From contig JAHWKM010000002.1 in the NCBI GenBank assembly GCA_019347895.1, positions 8,565-72,564 on the forward strand: DNA of 64,000 nt. The letters are read 5' to 3'. Shown here one piece after another: positions 26,348 through 35,612 of this stretch. Positions within the stretch are counted from its first letter, which is position 1. Each line of letters starts with the position of its first letter. The DNA comes from Candidatus Parcubacteria bacterium. Lineage in GTDB: Bacteria; Patescibacteriota; Saccharimonadia; Saccharimonadales; 2-12-FULL-41-12. Under the pieces are notes generated by a model. It was not told the DNA's origin. It worked only from the letters and a program-made list of their open reading frames with translations, and searched no databases. The translations under genes and the position numbers were made by a program.

Positions 26348-27453
26348 TATGTAATTATAGAATCAAGTTTGTTTTCGGAAATCGCTTGTTTTACTTCCAT
26401 GGCTATCCGCTGCCCAAAACTTATGTTGTCGCCGTAAAGGTAGCCGGAGTAGGGGGTAAACATCGAGCCGGGACTGCCAGGAATGCGCATGCTGACGTCA
26501 AACACATAAAGTTCCTCTTTGGGCGGGCCAGCCGTGATGGCGCCCTGCAAAGCAAATGGGCCAATCATACCCGGCGGATAATGTTTGGCAACGGCTTCAA
26601 CGAATCGCTCGCCGGCATCGAAGGCTTTTTCCAGCAATGATTCTTTAATCGTTACGGCTTGATGCCCATTCTCTATATACTTTGGCTGTACATGTTTTAA
26701 GACTTCTATTTGTTCTTTTGCCGTCAATCGAAGGAGACCGTCGATATTTGTTTGCCTGCGGGTGTCGGTCCCTAGCAGCTCCAGTTGGCCTGACAAGGCT
26801 GAAAAAAAGAAATTTAAATTAAGCTGGGGCCCTAAAACGAATTCTTCGATAATTGCCCGTGCGATACCAGCTTCACTAATGGAGCCATTCTTGACCCTGG
26901 CTTCGCATTCTCTTTTATAATCCTCATAATTATTTACTAAGAAAAACGCCCGCTCGTAGCTTCGGGCTTCTTCGGCGGCTTTGACTATCACCAGCCGATC
27001 AATGTCTTTGGGATCTTTGTATTGTTTAGGGATAGTTATGCCGGCTTCTTTCAATAAGAAATACTGATTTTTTTCCTCGTCGCGTTCTTCTTTGCGCACT
27101 AAAATCCGGTTGCCCAGGATGGGCACGTCAAAGTCAGACTCAACGGCTTTATTGTCGCAGTAAACCCAAAAATACCGGCTGTTAACAAAAACCGCATTCA
27201 GATCCCGCAGCTGTTTTTGAATCTCCGGCTTGATGATATCGCCAAATGAATCCACATAAATTATATGGTCCACGCAGCCTTTTTCTCCGCGAGTTTTATA
27301 ATATCTGTCGTAAGTTTTTGCCCGGTCTTTTCTGGTGACAACTACCGTTTCATATCCTTCTTTTTTAGCACCGCGGCAAACATCCAGCGCACTATGGCCG
27401 CCAAGCGTCGCGATACGAACATTATTTAAATCATAGCCTTGGAGCAGTTTCAT
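26347..27453 (-). CDS. purP: PurP-family ATP-grasp enzyme (archaeal-type FAICAR synthetase family), paralogue 1
   Basis: 368 aa, collinear with M. jannaschii PurP as I recall it: IATLGGHSALDVCRGAKKEGY, GPFALQ, VFDVSMRIPGSPG. Confidence 0.8.
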   Translation of the reverse strand: MKLLQGYDLNNVRIATLGGHSALDVCRGAKKEGYETVVVTRKDRAKTYDRYYKTRGEKGCVDHIIYVDSFGDIIKPEIQKQLRDLNAVFVNSRYFWVYCDNKAVESDFDVPILGNRILVRKEERDEEKNQYFLLKEAGITIPKQYKDPKDIDRLVIVKAAEEARSYERAFFLVNNYEDYKRECEARVKNGSISEAGIARAIIEEFVLGPQLNLNFFFSALSGQLELLGTDTRRQTNIDGLLRLTAKEQIEVLKHVQPKYIENGHQAVTIKESLLEKAFDAGERFVEAVAKHYPPGMIGPFALQGAITAGPPKEELYVFDVSMRIPGSPGSMFTPYSGYLYGDNISFGQRIAMEVKQAISENKLDSIIT

Positions 27454-28562
27454 TAACCCAGTACTTTCTCCAGCTGATTTGATTCTATGGCTTCTTTGAT
27501 TTCAAGGGCCACGCGTCGTCCGGTGCTCATCGGCACGTCATAGCGCAGATCAGCATAAGGCGAACCGTTAATGTATGGATTGGTACCAGCCACAATCCTA
27601 GCCGAGATTTCAAAAACATAAATTTCCATCTCAGGAGTAATAATGGTTTCCAGACAAAACGGTCCGATCAAACCGCCCGGTTCCAATTCCTGGGAAACCT
27701 CTATAACCCTCTCTCCCATAGAGAAAAGGTCAGGCAAGAACTTCTCGCGTATTACGACCGGGATATTGCCCATGATATTATACGAACTCTCGATATTAAG
27801 GTCCAACTGATCCTTAGCGCTTATCCGGCCGATGGAGTCGACGTTGGTTTCATAGCGCTTATCCATACTCATTACCTCCAGCTCGCCGGATAGCGGGGAG
27901 TAGAAGTAATGGACATAAATAGGCGCGCCGACAATATATTCCTGGATAATATGCCTTTTATTCTCGGTTTCTTTGATTTTCTTATAAAATTCAGCGGGGT
28001 TTTTGGCCAGGAAAAAGCCTTTGCCGCCGCCAGCACCAAAAAATTTTATGATAACGGGACCGTCTATTTCCTCCGGAGTTTTATATATCTTAGGCAGCTT
28101 CAGGCCGGCCTTCTTTAACCAGTCGCGCTGCTTCTCACGGTTTTCTTCCCACGGCAAGATCTTTTTGTTGCCAAAATACAGGGCATTTGAGGCATTCAAA
28201 GCGCTTAAATCCGTATAGGCGCTAAAGAAAGAGCCGTGCGGCACAAGTATGACATTTTCATCAATTAGCCTTTGCTCGAGTTTGACTATATCTTTAAAGC
28301 TATCAATTTCGATAATCTCATCGGCAATCCGGTAAGAACGGTAAGGCTGAGACCGTCCCTTTTCGCAAATAATAATATTTCTGAAACCTTCGTCGCGCGC
28401 ACCTTTTAAGATTTGCAGGGAAGAGTGGCTGCCAAGCGTTCCGATCTTATAGTCCTTTAAATCCACCTTAAATCCTAATTCTGTTAAGTGAAGTTCGTTT
28501 TGGCGAGTGCTCCGTTTGGGTTTTGGCGAGAAGACATATCTGTGGATACGTTGACGAGTCAA
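27453..28562 (-). CDS. purP: PurP-family ATP-grasp enzyme, paralogue 2 (likely start GTG at 28466 after AGGA)
   Basis: IGTLGSHSSLQILKGARDEGF, VPHGSF, VHYFYSPL, MDKRYETNVD, GNIPVVIRE, GPFCLE, VFEISARIVAGTN. Very close in pattern to archaeal PurP. Confidence 0.85.
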   Translation of the reverse strand: MTRQRIHRYVFSPKPKRSTRQNELHLTELGFKVDLKDYKIGTLGSHSSLQILKGARDEGFRNIIICEKGRSQPYRSYRIADEIIEIDSFKDIVKLEQRLIDENVILVPHGSFFSAYTDLSALNASNALYFGNKKILPWEENREKQRDWLKKAGLKLPKIYKTPEEIDGPVIIKFFGAGGGKGFFLAKNPAEFYKKIKETENKRHIIQEYIVGAPIYVHYFYSPLSGELEVMSMDKRYETNVDSIGRISAKDQLDLNIESSYNIMGNIPVVIREKFLPDLFSMGERVIEVSQELEPGGLIGPFCLETIITPEMEIYVFEISARIVAGTNPYINGSPYADLRYDVPMSTGRRVALEIKEAIESNQLEKVLG

Positions 28563-28665
28563 AACTAAGCGGAGTGCCGCCAGAACGGGCTGAAGCTGGA
28601 ATAAGGGTTTGAGGTGGGTTTATATCCATATTCAGACAATTATACTCTGTTGAGCTCTGATCTTG

Positions 28666-28699
28666 CAAAATAAAAACTCCCGGCGTTTTTGGCCGGGAG
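28666..28699 (-). terminator. Rho-independent terminator of the LPDTG-protein gene
   Basis: CTCCCGGCC-loop-GCCGGGAG followed by TTTTTATTTT on the minus strand. Confidence 0.75.
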
Positions 28700-28722
28700 C
28701 TTTATATCTTTTATTTATATAT

Positions 28723-29637
28723 TTAGAAGCGGGCAATCAGTTTGGCTACCATTTCAGCGTAGCGGCTGCGAGCTGAGTATAAGAACGAGCTCATGAAGGT
28801 GGCACCGAACAGTATTGGAGCTACCGCGCCTGGGCCGGTATCAGGCAACTTGGCGACAGCTGGCTCTTCTCTTTTTCCTTCCGTAACAACTACGGCTTCT
28901 TTTTTAGGAGTTACAACCTTTACTTCATCGTCAACCTTCTTTTTCTCCTTTTCTTCTACATTGACTGTATTTACATTTACGTTTTTATTCTCATTTGTAT
29001 TAACAATGTTTACGGCAGGAGCTGGCTTCTGCTCAGGCGCGGGTTGTGCTGGCTTTGTAGGAGCTGGAGCCGGGAAACATTCTCCGATGCCGCCGCCGGC
29101 CGCCGTAATCATTCGTTTTTGACCTGTATAAGTGTTTGGCGATCCATGACCGTCGCTAAAGTTACGTATTATATCGCTTTGTTCACCTAATACTAGATCG
29201 ACTTGAAACTTACAGGCCGGTACGCTAACTGTTATTTGAGCGTTGCTTCGCGGCTGGTTGTAATATCTCGTTACCGAGCTAAAATATTTTTGGGCTGAAA
29301 ACGGCATGTTATCCGGAGTATTTGGCGCCTTATAAGAAACAAGGGTGATAGGGATATTCTGTCCGGCGCATTGTCCTGGGAACTTAAAGGTAGCTACGGC
29401 CTGGCTGCCGCTTATAGAAATATTTGCCGGCTGAAAAGCTTCTTTAGTTAAGTTAAGTGTTTTGCCGGTATTAGGGCTGACACATTGTCGCTTAACAGCA
29501 GCATCAGCTGTTTCATTATTGCCGGCGATATTTAATGCCAGTGAAGTAACGAACAGTAAAGCTAGCGATGCATTTAAAGCGCGCATAACGCTTTTTTGCT
29601 GCATTGCGTTTTTGATAGTTGATTTAATAAAACTCAT
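28723..29637 (-). CDS. LPxTG-anchored surface protein (sortase substrate)
   Basis: AGGAGG SD before the ATG at 29637. Signal peptide. C-terminal LPDTG, a hydrophobic stretch and a basic tail. Pro/Ala and Lys/Glu/Val-rich stalk. Confidence 0.8.
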   Translation of the reverse strand: MSFIKSTIKNAMQQKSVMRALNASLALLFVTSLALNIAGNNETADAAVKRQCVSPNTGKTLNLTKEAFQPANISISGSQAVATFKFPGQCAGQNIPITLVSYKAPNTPDNMPFSAQKYFSSVTRYYNQPRSNAQITVSVPACKFQVDLVLGEQSDIIRNFSDGHGSPNTYTGQKRMITAAGGGIGECFPAPAPTKPAQPAPEQKPAPAVNIVNTNENKNVNVNTVNVEEKEKKKVDDEVKVVTPKKEAVVVTEGKREEPAVAKLPDTGPGAVAPILFGATFMSSFLYSARSRYAEMVAKLIARF

Positions 29638-29743
29638 TTTATTCCTCCTAAAATTTAGTTCAAGATTAATCTTAGCATATACTTTACCAAATGTCAAGAC
29701 TAATGCTTATTAATTAATGTACGGATGTTATCATAGCTGGACA

Positions 29744-30955
29744 ATGTCAGCTGTTAAATTTCATATAACTACTAGAAGCGGTAATGCCCGTACAGGGGTA
29801 ATAGCCACGCCCCATGGGCCGATAAAGACCCCGGCCTTTATCCCCGTCAGTACGAAAGCGACAGTAAAAACGCTAGACGTTCATGACCTGCAAAAACTAA
29901 AAGCACCGGCAGTGCTGGCCAATGCATATCATCTGTATTTAAGGCCCGGACCAGAGCTGATAGCCAAATTGGGAGGAGTAGGGGAATTTATGGGCTGGAA
30001 CGGGCCGACCTTCACCGACAGCGGCGGCTTCCAGGTTTTTTCGCTCGGCTTTGGCCTTGAACATGGCGTCGGCAAGGTCGCTAATATCTTTCCCGACGAA
30101 GATTTGCAAGGCCGGGCCTCGCAAACTAGGAAAAGGTTGTTTAATATTGATAAGGACGGAGCTAACTTCGTCTCGCACCTGGACGGCTCAAAACACAGGT
30201 TTACTCCTGAAAACTCAATAGAAATACAGCAAATGCTCGGCGCCGATATCATCTTCGCTTTTGACGAATGTACTTCGCCGCTGCACGGAAAAAAATATAC
30301 TGCCGAGGCAATGGAGCGCACTCATGCCTGGGCAAAAAGATGCCTGCAAGCTTGGACCAACAGAGACAAGCAAGGACTATATGGAATAATCCAGGGCGGC
30401 GCGTATAAGGATTTACGGATAGCTAGCAGCGAATTCATCTGTGCTTTAGATACGCCGGGAATCGCTATCGGCGGCAGTTTGGGTAAGAGTAAAAAAGATA
30501 TGTACGAGATAATGGACTGGACTATACCCGTTTTGCCGGAGGATAAGCCGCGGCATTTACTGGGAATCGGCGAGGTAGAAGACCTTTTCGGTGCCAGCGC
30601 CAGGGGAATCGACACTTTTGACTGCGTGTCGCCGACTAGAAATGCCCGCAACGGCAGCGTATATATAAGGCCGGAAAATGGCGGAACGGCAAAAAATAAA
30701 TATTCTATCAATATCAGGGCTGGAAAATATTCTCAAAATACAGAACCTATTGACCCGGGCTGTAAGTGTTTTACCTGTCAAAATCACAGCCGGGCCTATA
30801 TCCGACACCTATTCGTCAGCGAGGAACTACTAGCCATGCGCCTGGCGACTATCCACAATCTGCACTTCATCTTTACCTTAATGGCTGAAATCCGCCACGC
30901 TATTCAACAAGAGACGTTGCATAATTTAGCCGACAATTGGCAAATAAACCCTTAA
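29744..30955 (+). CDS. tgt: tRNA-guanine transglycosylase (queuine tRNA-ribosyltransferase)
   Basis: ARTGVIATPHGPIKTPAFIPV, TDSGGFQV, and the Zn site CKCFTCQNHSRAYIRHL. Confidence 0.9.
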   Translation: MSAVKFHITTRSGNARTGVIATPHGPIKTPAFIPVSTKATVKTLDVHDLQKLKAPAVLANAYHLYLRPGPELIAKLGGVGEFMGWNGPTFTDSGGFQVFSLGFGLEHGVGKVANIFPDEDLQGRASQTRKRLFNIDKDGANFVSHLDGSKHRFTPENSIEIQQMLGADIIFAFDECTSPLHGKKYTAEAMERTHAWAKRCLQAWTNRDKQGLYGIIQGGAYKDLRIASSEFICALDTPGIAIGGSLGKSKKDMYEIMDWTIPVLPEDKPRHLLGIGEVEDLFGASARGIDTFDCVSPTRNARNGSVYIRPENGGTAKNKYSINIRAGKYSQNTEPIDPGCKCFTCQNHSRAYIRHLFVSEELLAMRLATIHNLHFIFTLMAEIRHAIQQETLHNLADNWQINP

Positions 30956-31004
30956 AGGCGGCCGGCTTTGCTGGTTGGCAAGCTAAGCGATGCGGAAGTT
31001 TTGG

Positions 31005-32243
31005 CTAGAGTAAGCTGCTTCGAAGAGCATCAATAGGATCTTTGCGGGCGGCTTTGATTGCCGGCGCCAGACCAAATATTATACCGACTAACACCGATAT
31101 AGTGCAGGCAAATAGTATGATCTGCCAGGAAATAACCGGTTGCAGATTAGTGAGAATCCTTATTCCTAGACTAATCAGGCCGGAAAAAATAACACCGATG
31201 GTTGCGCCCCAAATACTGAGAACCGCAGCTTCTATCATAAATTGAGACAAAATCTGCCGGTCTGTAGCACCTACCGCTTTGCGCAGGCCAATCTCGCGCG
31301 TACGCTCGGTGACGGAAACTAACATAACATTCATAATTCCGATTCCGCCAACAAGCATTGATATGGCAGCGATGCCCGCTATCATGGCCGTTATTAAATC
31401 AATGATATTGTTCGTGACAGCCCGGGTATCATCCGGTTTTAATATCGAAAAATCTTCCTGGCCGGCATGGGCCTCTACCAGCCTGCTGCTTAAATCCTTG
31501 GATACTTCGTCTAGTTTTTCTACGTCGTCAACGCGCGCCAGCACCTCATAAAGCTGCGATGTACCGCCGCTGACGGATTTGGCTATTTCATACGGGATAA
31601 ATATGGCATTGTTAAAATTGATTCCTTGAGACAGCGAAGCAGACTGAAACCTTTCAAATACTCCGTAAACAATAAATTCATGCCCGCGAAAAGTAAAAGA
31701 TTTGCTGATAGGCACATTCTCGTCAAATAATTTTTCGGCAACGTTGCGGCCAATAACAGCGACCTTTTTTTCTGTCTCGGAGTCGTTAAAAAACCGGCCG
31801 AATTCAACCTCCTGTCTTAGCATTGACGGAAGCTCGGGAGTAGTGCCGATAGTGACTGAGTCATTGAATTTCCTATCTTGGTACGAGGGCAGGCCTGTTG
31901 CAAGGTTGAGAGCGGTTGAAGCTTCAATCCCCGGCGTTTCACGCACAATTTTTAAATCGGATTCTGTCAAAATAGCGGTTGTAGATGCCCCGCCCAAAGT
32001 ATTTATTCCAACAATAAACCCTTGCTGGTCCTTATTGAGGGCTTTTCCGGGGCGGATTGTCAGGACGTCATTGCCTAATTTATTGGTCTCCTCGCTGATC
32101 TGACGTTTTACTCCTTCGGCTAAACTGACGCTGGTAATAACGCTAGTAACACCGATTATCACCCCCAGTAAAGTTAAGAAGCTGCGGAGCCGGCTGGATC
32201 GTATGGAGTTGAGGGCCATCTGCAAATTATCAGTTATCATCAT
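31005..32243 (-). CDS. ABC transporter permease (MacB/FtsX family)
   Basis: 412 aa. MacB_PCD-type periplasmic domain between TM1 and TM2. C-terminal FtsX helices (TERTREIGLRKAVGA). Confidence 0.8.
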   Translation of the reverse strand: MMITDNLQMALNSIRSSRLRSFLTLLGVIIGVTSVITSVSLAEGVKRQISEETNKLGNDVLTIRPGKALNKDQQGFIVGINTLGGASTTAILTESDLKIVRETPGIEASTALNLATGLPSYQDRKFNDSVTIGTTPELPSMLRQEVEFGRFFNDSETEKKVAVIGRNVAEKLFDENVPISKSFTFRGHEFIVYGVFERFQSASLSQGINFNNAIFIPYEIAKSVSGGTSQLYEVLARVDDVEKLDEVSKDLSSRLVEAHAGQEDFSILKPDDTRAVTNNIIDLITAMIAGIAAISMLVGGIGIMNVMLVSVTERTREIGLRKAVGATDRQILSQFMIEAAVLSIWGATIGVIFSGLISLGIRILTNLQPVISWQIILFACTISVLVGIIFGLAPAIKAARKDPIDALRSSLL

Positions 32244-33127
32244 GATGATTTAGACCTGCCCTTGGTAGTACCGACAAATTTCTTTTTCCTCGGTTTCCTT
32301 CTTATCTTTTTCTTTTTAGGCTGCAATAAGCCTTCTTTTTCATCGCTTAGTTTCATAGTAGCTGAAACGCTTTGAAGCGTGTCTTCATCTGTATTCTCGC
32401 CCGCGAAAAGATTCGGCTCCCTGGGCGTTTTAGCCAGTTGGCCGACACTTTTTTGGACGTCATATTCTATACTGCCGTCATACATGTAAAGCACGCGGCT
32501 AGCGTACCTGGTAATTTCGGGGTTGTGAGTTACCATCAGCACAGTATTGCCAAGTTTGTGTATTTCGCTCAGCAGCTCCATCACCAAACGGGAAGAAGCG
32601 CTGTCTAAATTGCCGGTCGGCTCGTCAGCGATGATAATGCTTGGCTCATTTATCAGCGCTCTGGCTATGGCAACACGCTGAAGCTGGCCGCCGCTTAATT
32701 GGCTGGGCAGATAATACGCCCGGTCAGCCAGACCTACGCGCTCAAGCATGTTGTGCGCGTGTTTCATCCGCCGGCCGAGCAGCCGGCCCTTATAGGCCAG
32801 GGGCAAAGCCACGTTGTCGATAACTTTTAGCCGGGGAAGCAAGCTGAAAGATTGAAATACAAAACCAATCTTATCCCGGCGGGCTTTTGCCCGGGCGTTG
32901 GACCTTAGCTTTTCAACTGACCGGCCTTCCAGCTGGTAAAGCCCGGCGCTGGGATGATCAAGCAAGCCGATAATATTCAAAAGGGTAGACTTGCCGGAAC
33001 CGCTTGGCCCCATAACAGCCACGAATTCGCCTTTTTGTATTTCAAGCTCCACGTCTTCCAGCGCTACGGTGGTAGCGTCGCCGAAGCCATATAGTTTGCT
33101 GACGTCATGAAGTTTGATAACTGACAT
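32240..33127 (-). CDS. ABC transporter ATP-binding protein (MacB/LolD type) with a basic C-terminal tail
   Basis: Walker A GPSGSGKST, signature LSGGQLQR, Walker B IIIADEPT. 4-nt overlap with the permease gene. Confidence 0.9.
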   Translation of the reverse strand: MSVIKLHDVSKLYGFGDATTVALEDVELEIQKGEFVAVMGPSGSGKSTLLNIIGLLDHPSAGLYQLEGRSVEKLRSNARAKARRDKIGFVFQSFSLLPRLKVIDNVALPLAYKGRLLGRRMKHAHNMLERVGLADRAYYLPSQLSGGQLQRVAIARALINEPSIIIADEPTGNLDSASSRLVMELLSEIHKLGNTVLMVTHNPEITRYASRVLYMYDGSIEYDVQKSVGQLAKTPREPNLFAGENTDEDTLQSVSATMKLSDEKEGLLQPKKKKIRRKPRKKKFVGTTKGRSKSS

Positions 33128-33215
33128 ATATCAGTATATAGTTTACCTTTTTGTTCGGCTAATTCCAAGGTGTTCTTGAATATTTTTTCCGTTATAATAA
33201 TTTTAGCAGATTTAC

Positions 33216-33380
33216 GGAGAGGTGTCCGAGTGGCTGAAGGAGCACGCTTGGAAAGCGTGTATGCGCAGCAATGCGCATCGAGGGTGAGAACTGCCGGTGG
33301 CAGTTCGCAAGGAAATCTTCTCTTGAAAACTTGTTTTCAAAGACGAAGTTTCGGGGTCGCTGTAAGCGACCGAATCCCTT
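33216..33380 (+). pseudogene. Disrupted tRNA-Ser(GGA)-like copy: intact 5' two-thirds, ~85-nt structured insert in the T-loop, no 3' acceptor strand
   Basis: GGAGAGGTGTCCGAGTGGCTGAAGGAGCACGCTTGGAAAGCGTG plus a variable arm, then GAGGG-[33286-33370]-CGAATCCCT. The following ATTATTA cannot pair with GGAGAGG. Confidence 0.55.
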
Positions 33381-33394
33381 ATTATTAATATGTT

Positions 33395-33484
33395 GGAGGA
33401 GTGGCCGAGTGGTTTAAGGCGCACGCTTGGAAAGCGTGTTGAGGAGCAATTCTCTCGCAGGTTCAAATCCTGTCTCCTCCGCCA
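33395..33484 (+). tRNA. tRNA-Ser (anticodon GGA), CCA encoded
   Basis: Hand-folded cloverleaf: acceptor GGAGGAG/CTCCTCC, anticodon arm CACGC-TTGGAAA-GCGTG, long variable arm, T arm GCAGG-TTCAAAT-CCTGT. Confidence 0.9.
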
Positions 33485-33533
33485 CGACGAGCACTAAAGA
33501 GAGATCGTGATAGTTTATTAAAGTGAGGAATTT

Positions 33534-34091
33534 GTGAACCTACAGGAGTTGATAGATAAAGGTGAAGAAATTAAGAATGAACGGTATGATTCGCCTGTCG
33601 TGGGAATGTGGAAAAACGATGTGGAGGCTTCCGTTACTACATATGGAGATTCCGTAGTTAAAATCTACAAAAGCGCAGTCCGTTTTGGCGCCATAGCTAG
33701 AGGACCAGGACATGCGCAACAGATGCACATAGAGCGCATCCAAAAAGTCCAGCAACTCCTTGAAGAACTTATGAAGCGAAATCCCTCTGAGACTCAAGCT
33801 CAGTCACGCTTAATAAATCAAAAAAAGGAAGAAGCAAAAGCTTCACTTGAATCAAAGTTTGGTACAGCTACATTTAATGGCCCTGTGACTTTTGGCGATA
33901 ATAGTCCAGCGAACAATATTCAAGTCGGCGAACTTATGCTGGCAATTATCAGTGAAGCAGAAAAAAAGCTTCCTGATGGCCCTGAAAAAGAAGAGATTCT
34001 AGAGAAATTGAAAACCATTGTAGCCAATCCAACTTTTGCAGCACTCGCCGGGGCGTCCTTGCCCGAAATCATTAAGCGGTTATTGGGCTAA
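33534..34091 (+). CDS. Hypothetical protein (185 aa), AT-rich
   Basis: GTG start after GAGGAA. No recognisable motif. Lies directly downstream of the tRNA-Ser pair. Confidence 0.45.
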   Translation: MNLQELIDKGEEIKNERYDSPVVGMWKNDVEASVTTYGDSVVKIYKSAVRFGAIARGPGHAQQMHIERIQKVQQLLEELMKRNPSETQAQSRLINQKKEEAKASLESKFGTATFNGPVTFGDNSPANNIQVGELMLAIISEAEKKLPDGPEKEEILEKLKTIVANPTFAALAGASLPEIIKRLLG

Positions 34092-34102
34092 AAAGTTAGG
34101 AT

Positions 34103-34588
34103 ATGAAGAAAGGCCGAGAAAACCCAAACTTTGACGTAGAAAAGAGACAAAATAGTCTTTTTGACGCGTCTGTCCGCAATACGTTATTAGCAAACGAATC
34201 CATAACATTAGTACAAAATTCGATGCTCGCTTTAGGATTGGCTGAACTTGCTTTCTTAGGTGTAATTCTTATTGATAATGATAGGAGAGGCTTCTTTGTA
34301 AAGTTATTGATACTGCTTTTGATAGCTAGTTTTGTTTTGTTCTTACTTGGTCAGATCCGCCAATATAAACACCAACTAATAACAGCAAGAAGCTTCGAAG
34401 CAAAAGCAAATAAAGCACTTGAGTATTTAGCCAAAGGGAACCAGTATCTAGATCACGAACCAGAAGAAATATCTACAAAAAAGCAGCAGATAGTGTCTGA
34501 TAAAATTGCTAATATTTTTATATTTTCTAGCCTTATAGTTATTCTGTTGGTTACAGCAGGAACCGTATGGCTGGTAATAACAATATAG
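34103..34588 (+). CDS. Hypothetical membrane protein (161 aa, 3 TM helices)
   Basis: AGGA before the ATG. Hydrophobic helices at roughly aa 40-60, 70-90 and 135-158. Confidence 0.45.
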   Translation: MKKGRENPNFDVEKRQNSLFDASVRNTLLANESITLVQNSMLALGLAELAFLGVILIDNDRRGFFVKLLILLLIASFVLFLLGQIRQYKHQLITARSFEAKANKALEYLAKGNQYLDHEPEEISTKKQQIVSDKIANIFIFSSLIVILLVTAGTVWLVITI

Positions 34589-34685
34589 TTTAAGTGATTC
34601 CTGACCCATATGACCAGCCAAATTAGAATCAAAGCCACAAGCTTATAACCTCTCCTGCAGCTTACAGTAGAGATGATAAAACTCC

Positions 34686-35411
34686 TTATCTGTGAGGTTT
34701 TTCAAACCCGAAGCGCTCGCCGGATTGCCATTTTTCTAGCTGGTTGCCATGGGCGGGAATTCCGCCATTACTTTTGAGCATCTTGGCCATGTGCATCAAA
34801 TTCCAGGCCATGAAGGTAGTATTGCGATTGGTGAAATCATTATCTATGCCAGCCCGCGAGCCATTATCCAGTTTGTCTCCATAGCTGGGGCCGGGACCGG
34901 CTTCGCCAATCCAGCCGGCATCAGCTTGCGGCGGAATTACATAACCTAGATGCTGCAAGCTGTACAGGACATTCATCGCGCAGTGCTTGATTCCGTCTTC
35001 GTTGCCGGTTATTATGCAACCGCCAACCCGTCCGTAATAAGCATATTGGCCTTCGTTATTTAAAACCGCAGAGTTTGCATAAAGCCTCTCAATGACTTTC
35101 TTCATGATCGAACTGTTATCTCCTAGCCAGATCGGTCCGCAAAGTACTAAAATATCAGCTGGCTTAACTTTATTCTCAAAAATTTCCGGCCATTCATCAC
35201 TTTCCCAACCGTGTTGGCGCATATCCGGCTGAACACCGAAAGCTATATCATGGTCGACGGCGCGTATTAAATCTACCTTAACGCCTTGGTTTTTCATTAT
35301 ATTCATACTGATATTAGCTAGAATTTGCGTACTACTAGTTTCGGGAGATTTTTTGAGCGTGCAATTAATAAAAAGGGCTCTTAAATCCTCAAAGTCATAT
35401 TTTTCCGCCAT
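34686..35411 (-). CDS. Flavodoxin-like fold NAD(P)H-dependent FMN reductase family protein
   Basis: 241 aa. INCTLKKSP, ADILVLCGPIWLG and GGCIITGNEDG patterns typical of this family. Confidence 0.6.
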   Translation of the reverse strand: MAEKYDFEDLRALFINCTLKKSPETSSTQILANISMNIMKNQGVKVDLIRAVDHDIAFGVQPDMRQHGWESDEWPEIFENKVKPADILVLCGPIWLGDNSSIMKKVIERLYANSAVLNNEGQYAYYGRVGGCIITGNEDGIKHCAMNVLYSLQHLGYVIPPQADAGWIGEAGPGPSYGDKLDNGSRAGIDNDFTNRNTTFMAWNLMHMAKMLKSNGGIPAHGNQLEKWQSGERFGFEKPHR

Positions 35412-35494
35412 ACTATCCTCCTGCTTTGGTTATATTATACTTCTTTAAAATTTGATTATACTCTTTAAAAAATGTTTTAAATATACCCAGCAGA

Positions 35495-35549
35495 CCAAAA
35501 ACAGTACCACTTTTGTGTCCGGCCGGACAATATTGTGGTACTGTTTTGG
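35495..35549. repeat. Family D extended palindrome (core TGTCCGGCCGGACA inside 15-bp outer arms)
   Basis: CCAAAAACAGTACCAC-TTTTG-TGTCCGGCCGGACA-ATATT-GTGGTACTGTTTTGG, upstream of serC. Confidence 0.65.
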
Positions 35550-35612
35550 GCTTAGGGTGATGGAATGCTAGTTTATTGTTATAATAAGTTGTAATTTATA
35601 GGAGTAACTCTA

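Noticed and set aside
26278-26640. ORF 26278-26640 (+), 120 aa.
   Set aside because: It spans family B copy 2 and the antisense strand of the purP 3' end, so it is a shadow frame.
33170-33466. ORFs 33170-33388 (+) and 33212-33466 (-).
   Set aside because: They overlap the tRNA-Ser gene and its degenerate twin.
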